A DNA stretch of 64,000 nucleotides, taken from contig CBDFJF010000001.1 of NCBI GenBank assembly GCA_965248265.1, positions 1,344,001 through 1,408,000 of the forward strand, read 5' to 3'. Shown one piece after another: positions 11,087-19,622 of the stretch. Position 1 is the stretch's first letter. Each line of letters starts with the position of its first letter. The notes beneath the pieces were generated by a model. That model did not search any database. It was not told the origin of the DNA and saw nothing but the letters and a program-made list of their open reading frames with translations. A program made the translations under genes and the position numbers. Source of the stretch: Candidatus Latescibacterota bacterium. GTDB lineage: Bacteria; Latescibacterota; UBA2968; UBA8231.

Positions 11087-11953
11087 TCACTGTCTCAGCT
11101 GCCATATGCGCCCCGCGTTGTCGCCCAGAATCTTCGCCCGGTCACTCTCGGATAGCCAGTCGAAGGCCTCACGCACGATCCGCAGCTCTCCGTCCAGCGA
11201 CGGCCAGTTGTACTTGGCGCGCACGGGACCCGGGTAGCCCGTTCCCCACAGACAACGATCGGCGCCAAAGGCATCCGTCGCTCTCCTGACGACCTCATGC
11301 ATATCTCGATGTGGGAAGTCCTCGTTGGAACGACCGTGCACGTCAGAGATCTTCATGTAGACATTCGGATGCTGCGCCAAAGCCAGCACCTGATTGTACG
11401 GCGCCCAGTCCTCGGCTGCCCACTCCGGTTGCGGGTACATCATGTGGTCGATCAGCCACGTGATGCCGGGAAAGCGACCGGCGGCGTAGTCCAGCTGGTC
11501 GGCGTGATGGGCGCGACTGTGAATCTGGATTATTCCCCCACGCTCGGAGATCGCTTCGAACATTCGCTCGTTCTCCGGCCTCATCAAGATCTTGCCTTCC
11601 GCCGGATCGTCGACCTCGTAATACAAAGGATGAAAGCGAAAGCCGACCATGCCGCGCTCATCCATCCAGTAGGCAGCCGTGGTAGCGTTATCCGGATCCA
11701 GGGGGTCGACCATGCCGTGTGCCAGGAACCGGTCCGGATATTTTTGAGCGCTGTCCGCGATGTAGCCGTTGTCCCAGGTAGAGGCGGATGTCTGCACGAC
11801 GACGGACCAGTCCACGCCGTTGGCATCCATGTCTTCCACCAGCAGTTCAGCCGGGGCCGGCTCGGTCAACACTCCGGATTGTCTGGGTGCCGTGGGTCCC
11901 ACCGGGGCGATCGGCGGCAACTCCCATATGTGCACGTGTGTGTCTACGATCAT
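11087..11953 (-). CDS. Amidohydrolase_2 family metallo-hydrolase/lactonase
   Basis: IVDTHVH, IDHM, PNVYMKIS, WGTGYP, ILGDNA motifs. The start may be slightly further upstream. Confidence 0.85.
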   Translation of the reverse strand: MIVDTHVHIWELPPIAPVGPTAPRQSGVLTEPAPAELLVEDMDANGVDWSVVVQTSASTWDNGYIADSAQKYPDRFLAHGMVDPLDPDNATTAAYWMDERGMVGFRFHPLYYEVDDPAEGKILMRPENERMFEAISERGGIIQIHSRAHHADQLDYAAGRFPGITWLIDHMMYPQPEWAAEDWAPYNQVLALAQHPNVYMKISDVHGRSNEDFPHRDMHEVVRRATDAFGADRCLWGTGYPGPVRAKYNWPSLDGELRIVREAFDWLSESDRAKILGDNAGRIWQLRQ

Positions 11954-12170
11954 TCGATATCTCCTGGCCATTTTACTGATCACACTCGTCACCTACCGCC
12001 GGCGTAGTGCATGTAATCATAGTTTCTTAGGTTAGTCAAGTTAGCCGCGCGGCATGAGTGCGGTCCGATTTGCAGGTGAAGCACAAGGCACCCAACGAAG
12101 AGTCGAAGGCCGCACTGAAGGCTCCAGCATCTGTCTCATACGCCGACTATCGCCCGAGAATACGGTATTA

Positions 12171-12509
12171 ATGAATCCGACTGAACCCCACATCGACATG
12201 AGCACGATTCGTGCTATTGCTCAGCTGATCACCGAGCGCTTCGACCCGGAGCAGGTGACACTCTTCGGCAGCTATGCACGTGGAGACGCAAGCGACAACA
12301 GTGATGTGGACCTGCTTGTAGTACTTCGGGATACCAACCCGCGACGTGGCAATCCGGTCCGTATGGCGATTGCCGAGCGGTTCGTACTGCCGGTTGATGT
12401 GGTCATCCGCACTCCGGAAGCAGTGGAGCAGTACCGCGACGATCCGTTTTCGCTGATCCATCGGGTGCTGAAGGAGGGTGTGGTGCTTTATGAGCGCCGT
12501 GCGGCCTGA
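12171..12509 (+). CDS. Minimal nucleotidyltransferase (MNT) antitoxin-type protein
   Basis: LFGSYARG..SDVDLLVV, PVDVVI and EGVVLYE motifs. Confidence 0.85.
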   Translation: MNPTEPHIDMSTIRAIAQLITERFDPEQVTLFGSYARGDASDNSDVDLLVVLRDTNPRRGNPVRMAIAERFVLPVDVVIRTPEAVEQYRDDPFSLIHRVLKEGVVLYERRAA

Positions 12510-12645
12510 TCGAGACTGGTTCGATCGAGCAGCGGTTCGGTATCCGATGGAGGGGCGACAGGAGCCCGATGGAGAGGCGGCCGCAGAGGCTATCCTCCTG
12601 GCGGAGCAGGTTGCCACTTTCATACTCGATCGGTCGGCCATCTGA
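12490..12645 (+). pseudogene. Internally deleted HEPN-domain gene remnant (51 aa)
   Basis: Overlaps the MNT 3' end. Manual translation MSAVRPDRDWFDRA-AVRYPMEGRQEPDGEAAAEAILLAEQVATFILDRSAI* resembles a HEPN first helix joined directly to the RYP/last helix. Confidence 0.6.
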
Positions 12646-12683
12646 ATGCTTGTGGAACTTGGCGATCTCAGGAGTTGCAGGGG

Positions 12684-13484
12684 ATGAGCGAACGATTGAA
12701 AGACAAGGTGGCGATCGTCACCGGTGCAGGCAGCTCGGGACCCGGCTGGGGCAACGGCAAGGCGACGGCGGTATTGTTCGCGCGCGAGGGAGCGAAGGTG
12801 TTCGCCGTCGACGTCAATCCTGCCGCTGCGGAAGAGACTGACCAGATCATCGATCGGGAAGGCGGCGTCTGTACTGTCCACCAGACGGACCTGACGCATG
12901 CGGATCAAGTTGAGACCATGGTCGAGCGCTGTATCGAGACCTACGGCCGCGTCGACGTTCTGCACAACAATGTCGGCATCCTAGAAGTAGGCGGACCGGT
13001 AGAGGCCAGCGAGGAAAGCTGGGACCGCGTCGTGGCGGTCAACCTCAAGAGCATGTTTCTCACCTGCAAATACGTCCTGCCGCACATGGTGACCCAGGGC
13101 GGCGGTGTCATCGTCAATATCTCGTCCATCGTCGGCATCCGTTATCTGGGAGTGCCCTACGTCTCCTACAGCGCCACCAAGGCCGCCATACTCCAGCTCA
13201 CGCAGACGGTCGCCCTCGAGTACGCCGAAAGGAACATCCGCGCTAACTCTATTCTGCCGGGCTTGATGAACACCCCCATGATCGTCGAACCGCTGAAGGA
13301 TGTGTACGGAGATGGCGATGTGGAGAAGATGATCGAGGTCCGAAACAATCAGGTCCCCATGAAGAGGATGGGCGATGCCTGGGACGTGGCGCATGCTGCC
13401 CTGTTTCTGGCCTCGGACGAAGCGCAATACATCACCGGAGCTCAACTCGTCGTAGACGGCGGTTTGACCTGTAAGACGTCGTAG
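12684..13484 (+). CDS. SDR family NAD(P)-dependent oxidoreductase
   Basis: TGAGS..G.G, NNVG, YSATK catalytic motif, VDGG. Confidence 0.92.
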   Translation: MSERLKDKVAIVTGAGSSGPGWGNGKATAVLFAREGAKVFAVDVNPAAAEETDQIIDREGGVCTVHQTDLTHADQVETMVERCIETYGRVDVLHNNVGILEVGGPVEASEESWDRVVAVNLKSMFLTCKYVLPHMVTQGGGVIVNISSIVGIRYLGVPYVSYSATKAAILQLTQTVALEYAERNIRANSILPGLMNTPMIVEPLKDVYGDGDVEKMIEVRNNQVPMKRMGDAWDVAHAALFLASDEAQYITGAQLVVDGGLTCKTS

Positions 13485-13519
13485 TTGTTCATCGGAGCAA
13501 TTTCCAGGAGACGGAGAGC

Positions 13520-15196
13520 ATGCAGCGTCATTACGAAGTCGAAATGCGTCTGGACGTCAAAACGCCGATGCGCGACGGGGTGGAGCTTTCCTCCGATCTG
13601 TACCTCCCCGTGGCTGCCGGCGAGTCCTTCCCCACCATCTTGATGCGCACGCCCTATAACAACAACCTCGACCGCTTCATCTCCAAAGCCCGCCGCCTGG
13701 CCAACGACGGCTACGCCTGCGTGCTGCAGGACGTGCGTGGACGCTGGGATTCGCAGGGCGAGTTCTATCCGTTCGTCGACGAACCTGAGGATGGCTTCGA
13801 CACGCAGCAGTGGATCGGCAGCCAGCCGTGGAGCAATGGCAAGATCGGCATGTTCGGGGCCTCCTACCTGGCCTGCGTACAGTGGATGAGTGCCCCGTTG
13901 CGTAGCGAATTCCTGACCTGCATGGCACCCCGTGTGATGTGCAACGATTACTTCAACGGCCTGTTGTACCCCGGTGGCGCCTTTCACCTGGGTGTCGCCA
14001 TCACCTGGGGAATGCGCACCCGCGCCCGCACCGCGCAGACCATCGATTACCAGAACTGGACGGAAGCCTTCCACGCCCTGCCACTTGCCGAGATGGCAAC
14101 GGACGCCGGCGACGACGTCGGATTCTGGAGGGATTGGATCGAGCACTCGACCGACGACGAGTACTGGGACGCCATGAACATCGAGCGCAAATTCCACGAG
14201 ATCGCCGTGCCGGCTCTGGAAATGGGCGGCTGGTTCGACCTCTACGCCCCGCGAACCTTCGATAACTGGAACGGCCTTCGGGAACGCGGCATGACGCCCG
14301 AAGCACGGCAGAGCAGGTTGATCGTCGGTCCCTGGCCGCACCATCTCAGTCTCAGCACCCACACCGGCGACGTCGATTTCGGCGCCAAATCGATGATCGA
14401 CCTGGACGCCCTGGAACAGCGCTGGTTCGACTACTGGTTGAAGGGCATCGACACCGGCATCGTCGACGAACCGCCGTTGCGGCTGTTCATCATGGGTATC
14501 AATGAGTGGCGTGATGAGCACGAGTGGCCATTGGCGCGCACCGACTGGCAGGACTGGCATCTTCATTCGGACGGCAACGCCAACACCGCCATGGGCAACG
14601 GCACCCTGGCTCTGGAATCCCCCGACGACGAACCGCCGGACCAGTACGTCTACAACCCGGAGTTTCCGGTGCAGTCGCTCGGGGGCAACAACTGCTGCTC
14701 ACCCGAAATCGTTCCCTGGGGGCCCCACGATCAACGGCCCGTAGAAATGCGCGGCGACGTGCTCTGTTACACCAGCCAACCACTGAAAGCCGACACCGAA
14801 ATCACGGGGCCGATCCAGATGACCCTCTTCGCTGCCAGTGACGCCCCGGACACCGACTGGACGGCGAAGCTGGTCGATGTCTCGCCCACCGGCTACGCCA
14901 TGAATCTGTGCGACGGCATCCTCCGCGCGCGCTACCGCGAAAGCCTCAGCGAAACGAAGTTGATCGAACCCGGAGCGATCTACGAGTACGCGATCGAAGT
15001 CGGCGTCACCGCCAACGTCTTTCGCCGCGGCCACCGGATCCGTCTCGAGATTTCCTCCTCGAACTTCCCGCGTTTCGATCGCAATCCGAACACCGGCCAT
15101 GCCATCGGCATGGATGCCGAGATGCGGCCGGCGCAACAGACCATCTATCACTCGCGGGAGTATCCGTCGCGGATCCGGCTGCCCGTGATCCCCTGA
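13520..15196 (+). CDS. CocE/NonD family hydrolase (peptidase S15)
   Basis: MRDGVEL, RTPY, QDVRGR, GASY nucleophile, GWFD, GPWPH and a PepX_C-like C-terminus. Confidence 0.92.
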   Translation: MQRHYEVEMRLDVKTPMRDGVELSSDLYLPVAAGESFPTILMRTPYNNNLDRFISKARRLANDGYACVLQDVRGRWDSQGEFYPFVDEPEDGFDTQQWIGSQPWSNGKIGMFGASYLACVQWMSAPLRSEFLTCMAPRVMCNDYFNGLLYPGGAFHLGVAITWGMRTRARTAQTIDYQNWTEAFHALPLAEMATDAGDDVGFWRDWIEHSTDDEYWDAMNIERKFHEIAVPALEMGGWFDLYAPRTFDNWNGLRERGMTPEARQSRLIVGPWPHHLSLSTHTGDVDFGAKSMIDLDALEQRWFDYWLKGIDTGIVDEPPLRLFIMGINEWRDEHEWPLARTDWQDWHLHSDGNANTAMGNGTLALESPDDEPPDQYVYNPEFPVQSLGGNNCCSPEIVPWGPHDQRPVEMRGDVLCYTSQPLKADTEITGPIQMTLFAASDAPDTDWTAKLVDVSPTGYAMNLCDGILRARYRESLSETKLIEPGAIYEYAIEVGVTANVFRRGHRIRLEISSSNFPRFDRNPNTGHAIGMDAEMRPAQQTIYHSREYPSRIRLPVIP

Positions 15197-15220
15197 CGCA
15201 CTTACTGGTGCGGATCGAAC

Positions 15221-15769
15221 CTATTGGTTCGGATCGAAGTTCTCCAGATCAGGTTCGATCACCAGTCCCTGCTGCATGTCGAACTCAACCTCGACCGAGT
15301 GCTCGTGGTAGTCGGCGTCGCCTCGTATGGTCGTGTACAGCTCTGCGCCGTCGACGGACATCGGCATCGTGTGCCACACGCCCAAATGCAGGCACACACC
15401 CACCTTACCCTCACCGTAAAAAGCTCGCATCTCCTCGGGACGGAGCGGCTCTCCAACACCGCCGACGATGTACACGGACGGCTTGCCGTTTTCGGGGAAG
15501 AAGGATTGTCCCGCATCGGTGTGGAAGGCGAAATGGGCTCTCTTCAAGCCTTCTGACAGTGGAGTCCTGTTGTCGTCGGCCTCGTACCACTGTGGATCAT
15601 CCTTCCGATCGTCGGGAGTTATCTCCGAGTAGGAGTGCTTTTCATAGGAACTGTAGTTGCCCTTTACAATGTCCGGCTTGCGCTCCTCCAGGCTGTTGAT
15701 CAGATGCCCGTAAGGCGCGAAGTATTCGGGCTTCAGACGTTCGACTTTTATCTTCACCGACTTGTACAT
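15221..15769 (-). CDS. Ureidoglycolate lyase (AllA)-like cupin
   Basis: L.PE.FAPYG, H...GQSFFP, GVWH motifs. Confidence 0.6.
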   Translation of the reverse strand: MYKSVKIKVERLKPEYFAPYGHLINSLEERKPDIVKGNYSSYEKHSYSEITPDDRKDDPQWYEADDNRTPLSEGLKRAHFAFHTDAGQSFFPENGKPSVYIVGGVGEPLRPEEMRAFYGEGKVGVCLHLGVWHTMPMSVDGAELYTTIRGDADYHEHSVEVEFDMQQGLVIEPDLENFDPNQ

Positions 15770-15802
15770 TTTCGTCTCCCTCCTGTGTGTAACCCTGCGC
15801 GT

Positions 15803-16615
15803 TCAACCTAGCAGTTTGCGGAAGTAGTCGCGAAAGGCAACCGTGTCGGTCACGTTGTTGCCGCCGTACTCCAGCTCGATCCAACCCCGGTAGCCGGTTT
15901 TGTCCATCACCCTGAATACACGCTTCCAGTCGAGGGTGTTGTCTTCCAGACTTCCCGTACCGCTGTGTTCGTTAACTCCACGGGCGTGGAAATGGCTGCT
16001 GTATTGAATCAGTTGCTCTATTTGAGACTCGGAATAACCCCGCGGGTACATGTGCGCATAGTCGAGGGTCAGGGTCAAGCCCGGCACATCCTGTACCAGC
16101 TTTTGTGCCCGCTTTGGTGTGTCTGCGAATGACCCGATGTGAGGCTCAATAGCGAATTTGATCCGATACTCCCGCGCCCTCTCCACCCTCCAGGCCAACT
16201 CGTCGGCCGCCCTGGCCAGCGAGTCACGCCGGCTTTCTTCTTTGAAGTGAGCTCCGGGCAGCGTCGTCAGATGCCTGCACTTGCATTCGGCTGTGTAGTC
16301 CAGCGCTTTGAGAAACGCTTCTCGGGCCTGGCGACGGCGCCGTGGACTGGGATGATTGAGAGCGCGGGATTCGTAGTCCAGGGCCAACTGCAGAAATATG
16401 TCGGCGGCGACCAGTCCGTGGCTGTCCAGTCGCTTTTTAAGCTTGCGCGCTGAGCTCCGCACGTTCTTGAACTCACTCGCGGGCCGCAGATGCGAGCGAT
16501 CCTCGAAGAGCCCAATATCGACGCCCTTGATGCCCAACATCGAGATCAGCTGCAAGGCCTGTTGGTGGGGTAAATCAGGATAAGTAAAATCGGAGCAGGC
16601 CAGCTTGAGCTTCAT
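15803..16615 (-). CDS. Sugar-phosphate isomerase/epimerase (xylose-isomerase-like TIM barrel)
   Basis: IEPH, LDYAH, HFHAR, IELEY metal-binding motifs. Confidence 0.85.
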   Translation of the reverse strand: MKLKLACSDFTYPDLPHQQALQLISMLGIKGVDIGLFEDRSHLRPASEFKNVRSSARKLKKRLDSHGLVAADIFLQLALDYESRALNHPSPRRRRQAREAFLKALDYTAECKCRHLTTLPGAHFKEESRRDSLARAADELAWRVERAREYRIKFAIEPHIGSFADTPKRAQKLVQDVPGLTLTLDYAHMYPRGYSESQIEQLIQYSSHFHARGVNEHSGTGSLEDNTLDWKRVFRVMDKTGYRGWIELEYGGNNVTDTVAFRDYFRKLLG

Positions 16616-16617
16616 GA

Positions 16618-17856
16618 TTACCCAACACCGAGGGCGGCGTCGATCTCGGCCTGGTACTCGTAGACCTCGCAGCTTTCCACTTCGCTCATTTTCACCGCCC
16701 TGCCCGCGACCGCCGACTCGAACACCGCGTAGAGAGCGGCCACGTCTTTAAGTCCGCAGGCCCCGTCTACCTCCACCGGTCGCCCGTTGAGGACCGCCTC
16801 CCCCATCTCGTGCAGTTCGTAGGCGATCAGTTTGATGTCCACCTTGGGATCCGTGTCGGTGACACCGGTGGGGAACAGGTGCTGCGTCAGCGGATCCAGA
16901 ACCAGATCCGGATGGGCGGCCAGCAGATCCTCCTGTTCCATCTTCTTCTCACCCCGGCGCTCCAGGCTGACGCGGCTGCCCCTGTTACCGAATCCGTCGA
17001 TCGTGCCGCGGTCGCCGAGGATGAGGTTGCCGGTACTGGTGCCGTGACCGCTGACGGCGACGATGAAGTTGAGGACGACGCCGCTCTCCATCTTGAACAG
17101 GGCTTGCGTGGTGTCTTCGGCCGAGGCTTCGATTTCCTCATCCATGGCCGCGAACCGCTTTTTGTAGAATTGGTAGCCCAGGGACATCGACTCTGACTTG
17201 CGGCGCACCGGCTCTACCATTCTCGCATCTCCGTACACCTCGGCGATGTCACCCAACTGATGGCGGATCATGTGGGTGAAGTGCACCGCCAGATCCAGAA
17301 TGAAGCCGCCGCGCTCCTTGTGATGGCGCCAGGGCGTGATGAAAATTTTGTCTCCAGCTTCCAGGCTGTGGCACAGGGCCATGTACACCTTGCCGATCTC
17401 ACCCGTCTCCAGCAGATGGCGCACCATCCGCGCGGATGGGTCCCGGCGGAAGTTCTCCGCCACCGAGACAATCCGGTCGTTGCGCTCGGCCGCGTCCACT
17501 ATCATCTGGCAGGTGCGCACGGTGATGGCCATCGGTTTTTCGACCAGGACATGCAGCCCCAGATCCAGGGCCTGGCAGACCACTTCGTGATGCACCGACG
17601 GGTCGGTCACCACATCCACGGCCGCCAGGTTGTCGGTTTCCCGGGCCATTTCTTCCAGGTCAGTAAATACCTGTGGCCGGACACCCAGCAACTCCTCAGC
17701 CTCTTTGGCCGCCATCTCCACGTTTTCGCGTCGGATATCACACAGCGCGGCCAGCTCCACGTTGGCGAACGGAGACTCGGTCAATTCTTTCAATCCGTGG
17801 AGGTGCCGCGTGCCCATGCCACCGCACCCCACCAGTCCCAGACGAAGCTTTTCCAT
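16618..17856 (-). CDS. Gfo/Idh/MocA family oxidoreductase
   Basis: GLVGCGGMG, HVLVEKPMA, GGFILDLAVH. Confidence 0.9.
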   Translation of the reverse strand: MEKLRLGLVGCGGMGTRHLHGLKELTESPFANVELAALCDIRRENVEMAAKEAEELLGVRPQVFTDLEEMARETDNLAAVDVVTDPSVHHEVVCQALDLGLHVLVEKPMAITVRTCQMIVDAAERNDRIVSVAENFRRDPSARMVRHLLETGEIGKVYMALCHSLEAGDKIFITPWRHHKERGGFILDLAVHFTHMIRHQLGDIAEVYGDARMVEPVRRKSESMSLGYQFYKKRFAAMDEEIEASAEDTTQALFKMESGVVLNFIVAVSGHGTSTGNLILGDRGTIDGFGNRGSRVSLERRGEKKMEQEDLLAAHPDLVLDPLTQHLFPTGVTDTDPKVDIKLIAYELHEMGEAVLNGRPVEVDGACGLKDVAALYAVFESAVAGRAVKMSEVESCEVYEYQAEIDAALGVG

Positions 17857-17860
17857 GTCG

Positions 17861-18379
17861 TCAGCCCTGCCAGCCCGGATGGTTGTCCATGTCCGGCTCG
17901 AGGGCCAGGCCTCGGTCCTCGTCGAAGTGCACGTCTATCGAGTGGGCGTCGTACTCCTGGTCACCACGGGCGGTCATGTAGACCTCGTCCCCTTTCAAGC
18001 AAACGGGCATGGTGTGCCAGACTCCCAGGTCCATGCAGATGCCCAGACTTCCATCGGTATAGAACGCGCGCAGGTCTTCCGGCTCGATCATGGGCTGAAC
18101 CGGCGCCACCCAGAACACGGTCGGACAGTGCCGGCTCGGATAGAACGACTGTCCTGCGTCGTCGTGGCAGGCGAAGTGGGCTCGCAAACGGCCCTCACTC
18201 AGCAATAGCTTCGCTGGCAGCGGATCGGGAATATCACCGGTGACTTCGTAAGCGTTCTCCAGCAGGGCACCCACCACCACTTCGGGCTTGGCCTCGTCGA
18301 AGGTGGCGATCGCCTTGCCGAAGGGCGCGAAGGATTCCCTGGTGAGTTCCTCGACCTTGACCTTGAGAACTTTCAGCAT
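17861..18379 (-). CDS. Ureidoglycolate lyase-like cupin, paralog of 15221..15769
   Basis: FAPFG, RAHFACHDDAGQSFYP, GVWHTMP. Confidence 0.6.
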   Translation of the reverse strand: MLKVLKVKVEELTRESFAPFGKAIATFDEAKPEVVVGALLENAYEVTGDIPDPLPAKLLLSEGRLRAHFACHDDAGQSFYPSRHCPTVFWVAPVQPMIEPEDLRAFYTDGSLGICMDLGVWHTMPVCLKGDEVYMTARGDQEYDAHSIDVHFDEDRGLALEPDMDNHPGWQG

Positions 18380-18410
18380 GCCTGGCTCCCTGATTTTCCT
18401 CGTGATTTTG

Positions 18411-19472
18411 CTATGGTTTATTGCCCCGGCGGTTATCCATTGTCCGCGGGGTCAGATCGAAGAGCGTATCATGGCCGTTGAAGAAGCGCTCGAACTCATC
18501 GACCATGAGTTTGAACATCTGCGTGTAGCTGGAGGCCAGGACGCCCGCGATGTGCGGGCTCAGAAACACATTTTCCAACCGGGTGATCTCGTGGTCGCCG
18601 ACGGGCTCGGGATTGAAAACGTCCAATCCGGCGACCAGGCCGCCGCGTTTGAGCCGCGCCACGAGTGCGTCCGAGTCCACCACCGTACCCCGCGACACGT
18701 TGACTAAGACCCGGCCATCCGGGATCATGTCGAGCTCCCGCCGACCGATCATGCCGTCGGTGGCGGGAGTCTGTGGCACCAGCAAGACGATCACGTCGCA
18801 CTGGGTCAAAACGTTATCGAGCGAGGTCTTGAGAAAACCGACCGCGTCGGCCATCTCCGATCCCAGGTAGGGATCGTGGACCCAGACTTCCGTGTCGAAG
18901 GGTCGCAGCATCTGGATGAGCCGCCGGCCGATGTGACCGCAGCCGATCAGGCCGACCCGTTTGCCCGTCAATTCCCCATCCAAATAGCCCCGGTCGGTCC
19001 TGTCCGTGTACGACTCCATCCTGCCGGAGATGAGGCGGCGAAAATGCTGTCCCGCGTTGCGCAACGAAATGATGATGAGCGCCAACGCCCATTCCGCCAC
19101 CGGATAGGAGGAGCCGTTGGTCGTATCCACTGTGCGGATGCCCCGCTCCCAGGCCGCTTCCACGTCGATGCGGTTGGCGAAGCGATCACCCTCGAGCTCG
19201 CCGATGATTTTCAAACCGGGAGCCAGGTCCATCAGTCCGCTGTCGACGGGGGGAACACCGGAGGAAACGATCAGCCCGTTCAAATCGGGGAGACGCTCAC
19301 CGAGCCGGGCCACATCCTCGTCCTCTTGAACTTCGTAGATACCCCCCACCTCACACTCAAACAGATCCAGGTCGACGAAGCCCTTCAGACGCTCCAGTTC
19401 CCCAGCGTCCAGGTACTTCTCACGCACCTCGGCGTTTGAGGCTATCAGAACTTTGGGTCGGGCATCCCCCAT
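18411..19472 (-). CDS. D-isomer-specific 2-hydroxyacid dehydrogenase
   Basis: GLIGCGHIG, NVSRG, LDVF.PEP, SPHIAG. Confidence 0.9.
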   Translation of the reverse strand: MGDARPKVLIASNAEVREKYLDAGELERLKGFVDLDLFECEVGGIYEVQEDEDVARLGERLPDLNGLIVSSGVPPVDSGLMDLAPGLKIIGELEGDRFANRIDVEAAWERGIRTVDTTNGSSYPVAEWALALIIISLRNAGQHFRRLISGRMESYTDRTDRGYLDGELTGKRVGLIGCGHIGRRLIQMLRPFDTEVWVHDPYLGSEMADAVGFLKTSLDNVLTQCDVIVLLVPQTPATDGMIGRRELDMIPDGRVLVNVSRGTVVDSDALVARLKRGGLVAGLDVFNPEPVGDHEITRLENVFLSPHIAGVLASSYTQMFKLMVDEFERFFNGHDTLFDLTPRTMDNRRGNKP

Positions 19473-19622
19473 AGCGGTCTATATGGCCTATACATAATTG
19501 ATTAGGCGGCGATGCTGTTGGTGTTGATCTGATCTTCGGTGATCTATACAACTCTATTCATGACCTGGGCGCAATCCGTGCTCGACACGCCGGCTTCCCA
19601 TTCTCGGGCCTTAGCTCCAGGC

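Noticed and set aside
12010-12045. Sigma70 promoter for the amidohydrolase operon (minus strand TTGACT-N17-TTACAT)
   Set aside because: The -10 match is too weak to call.
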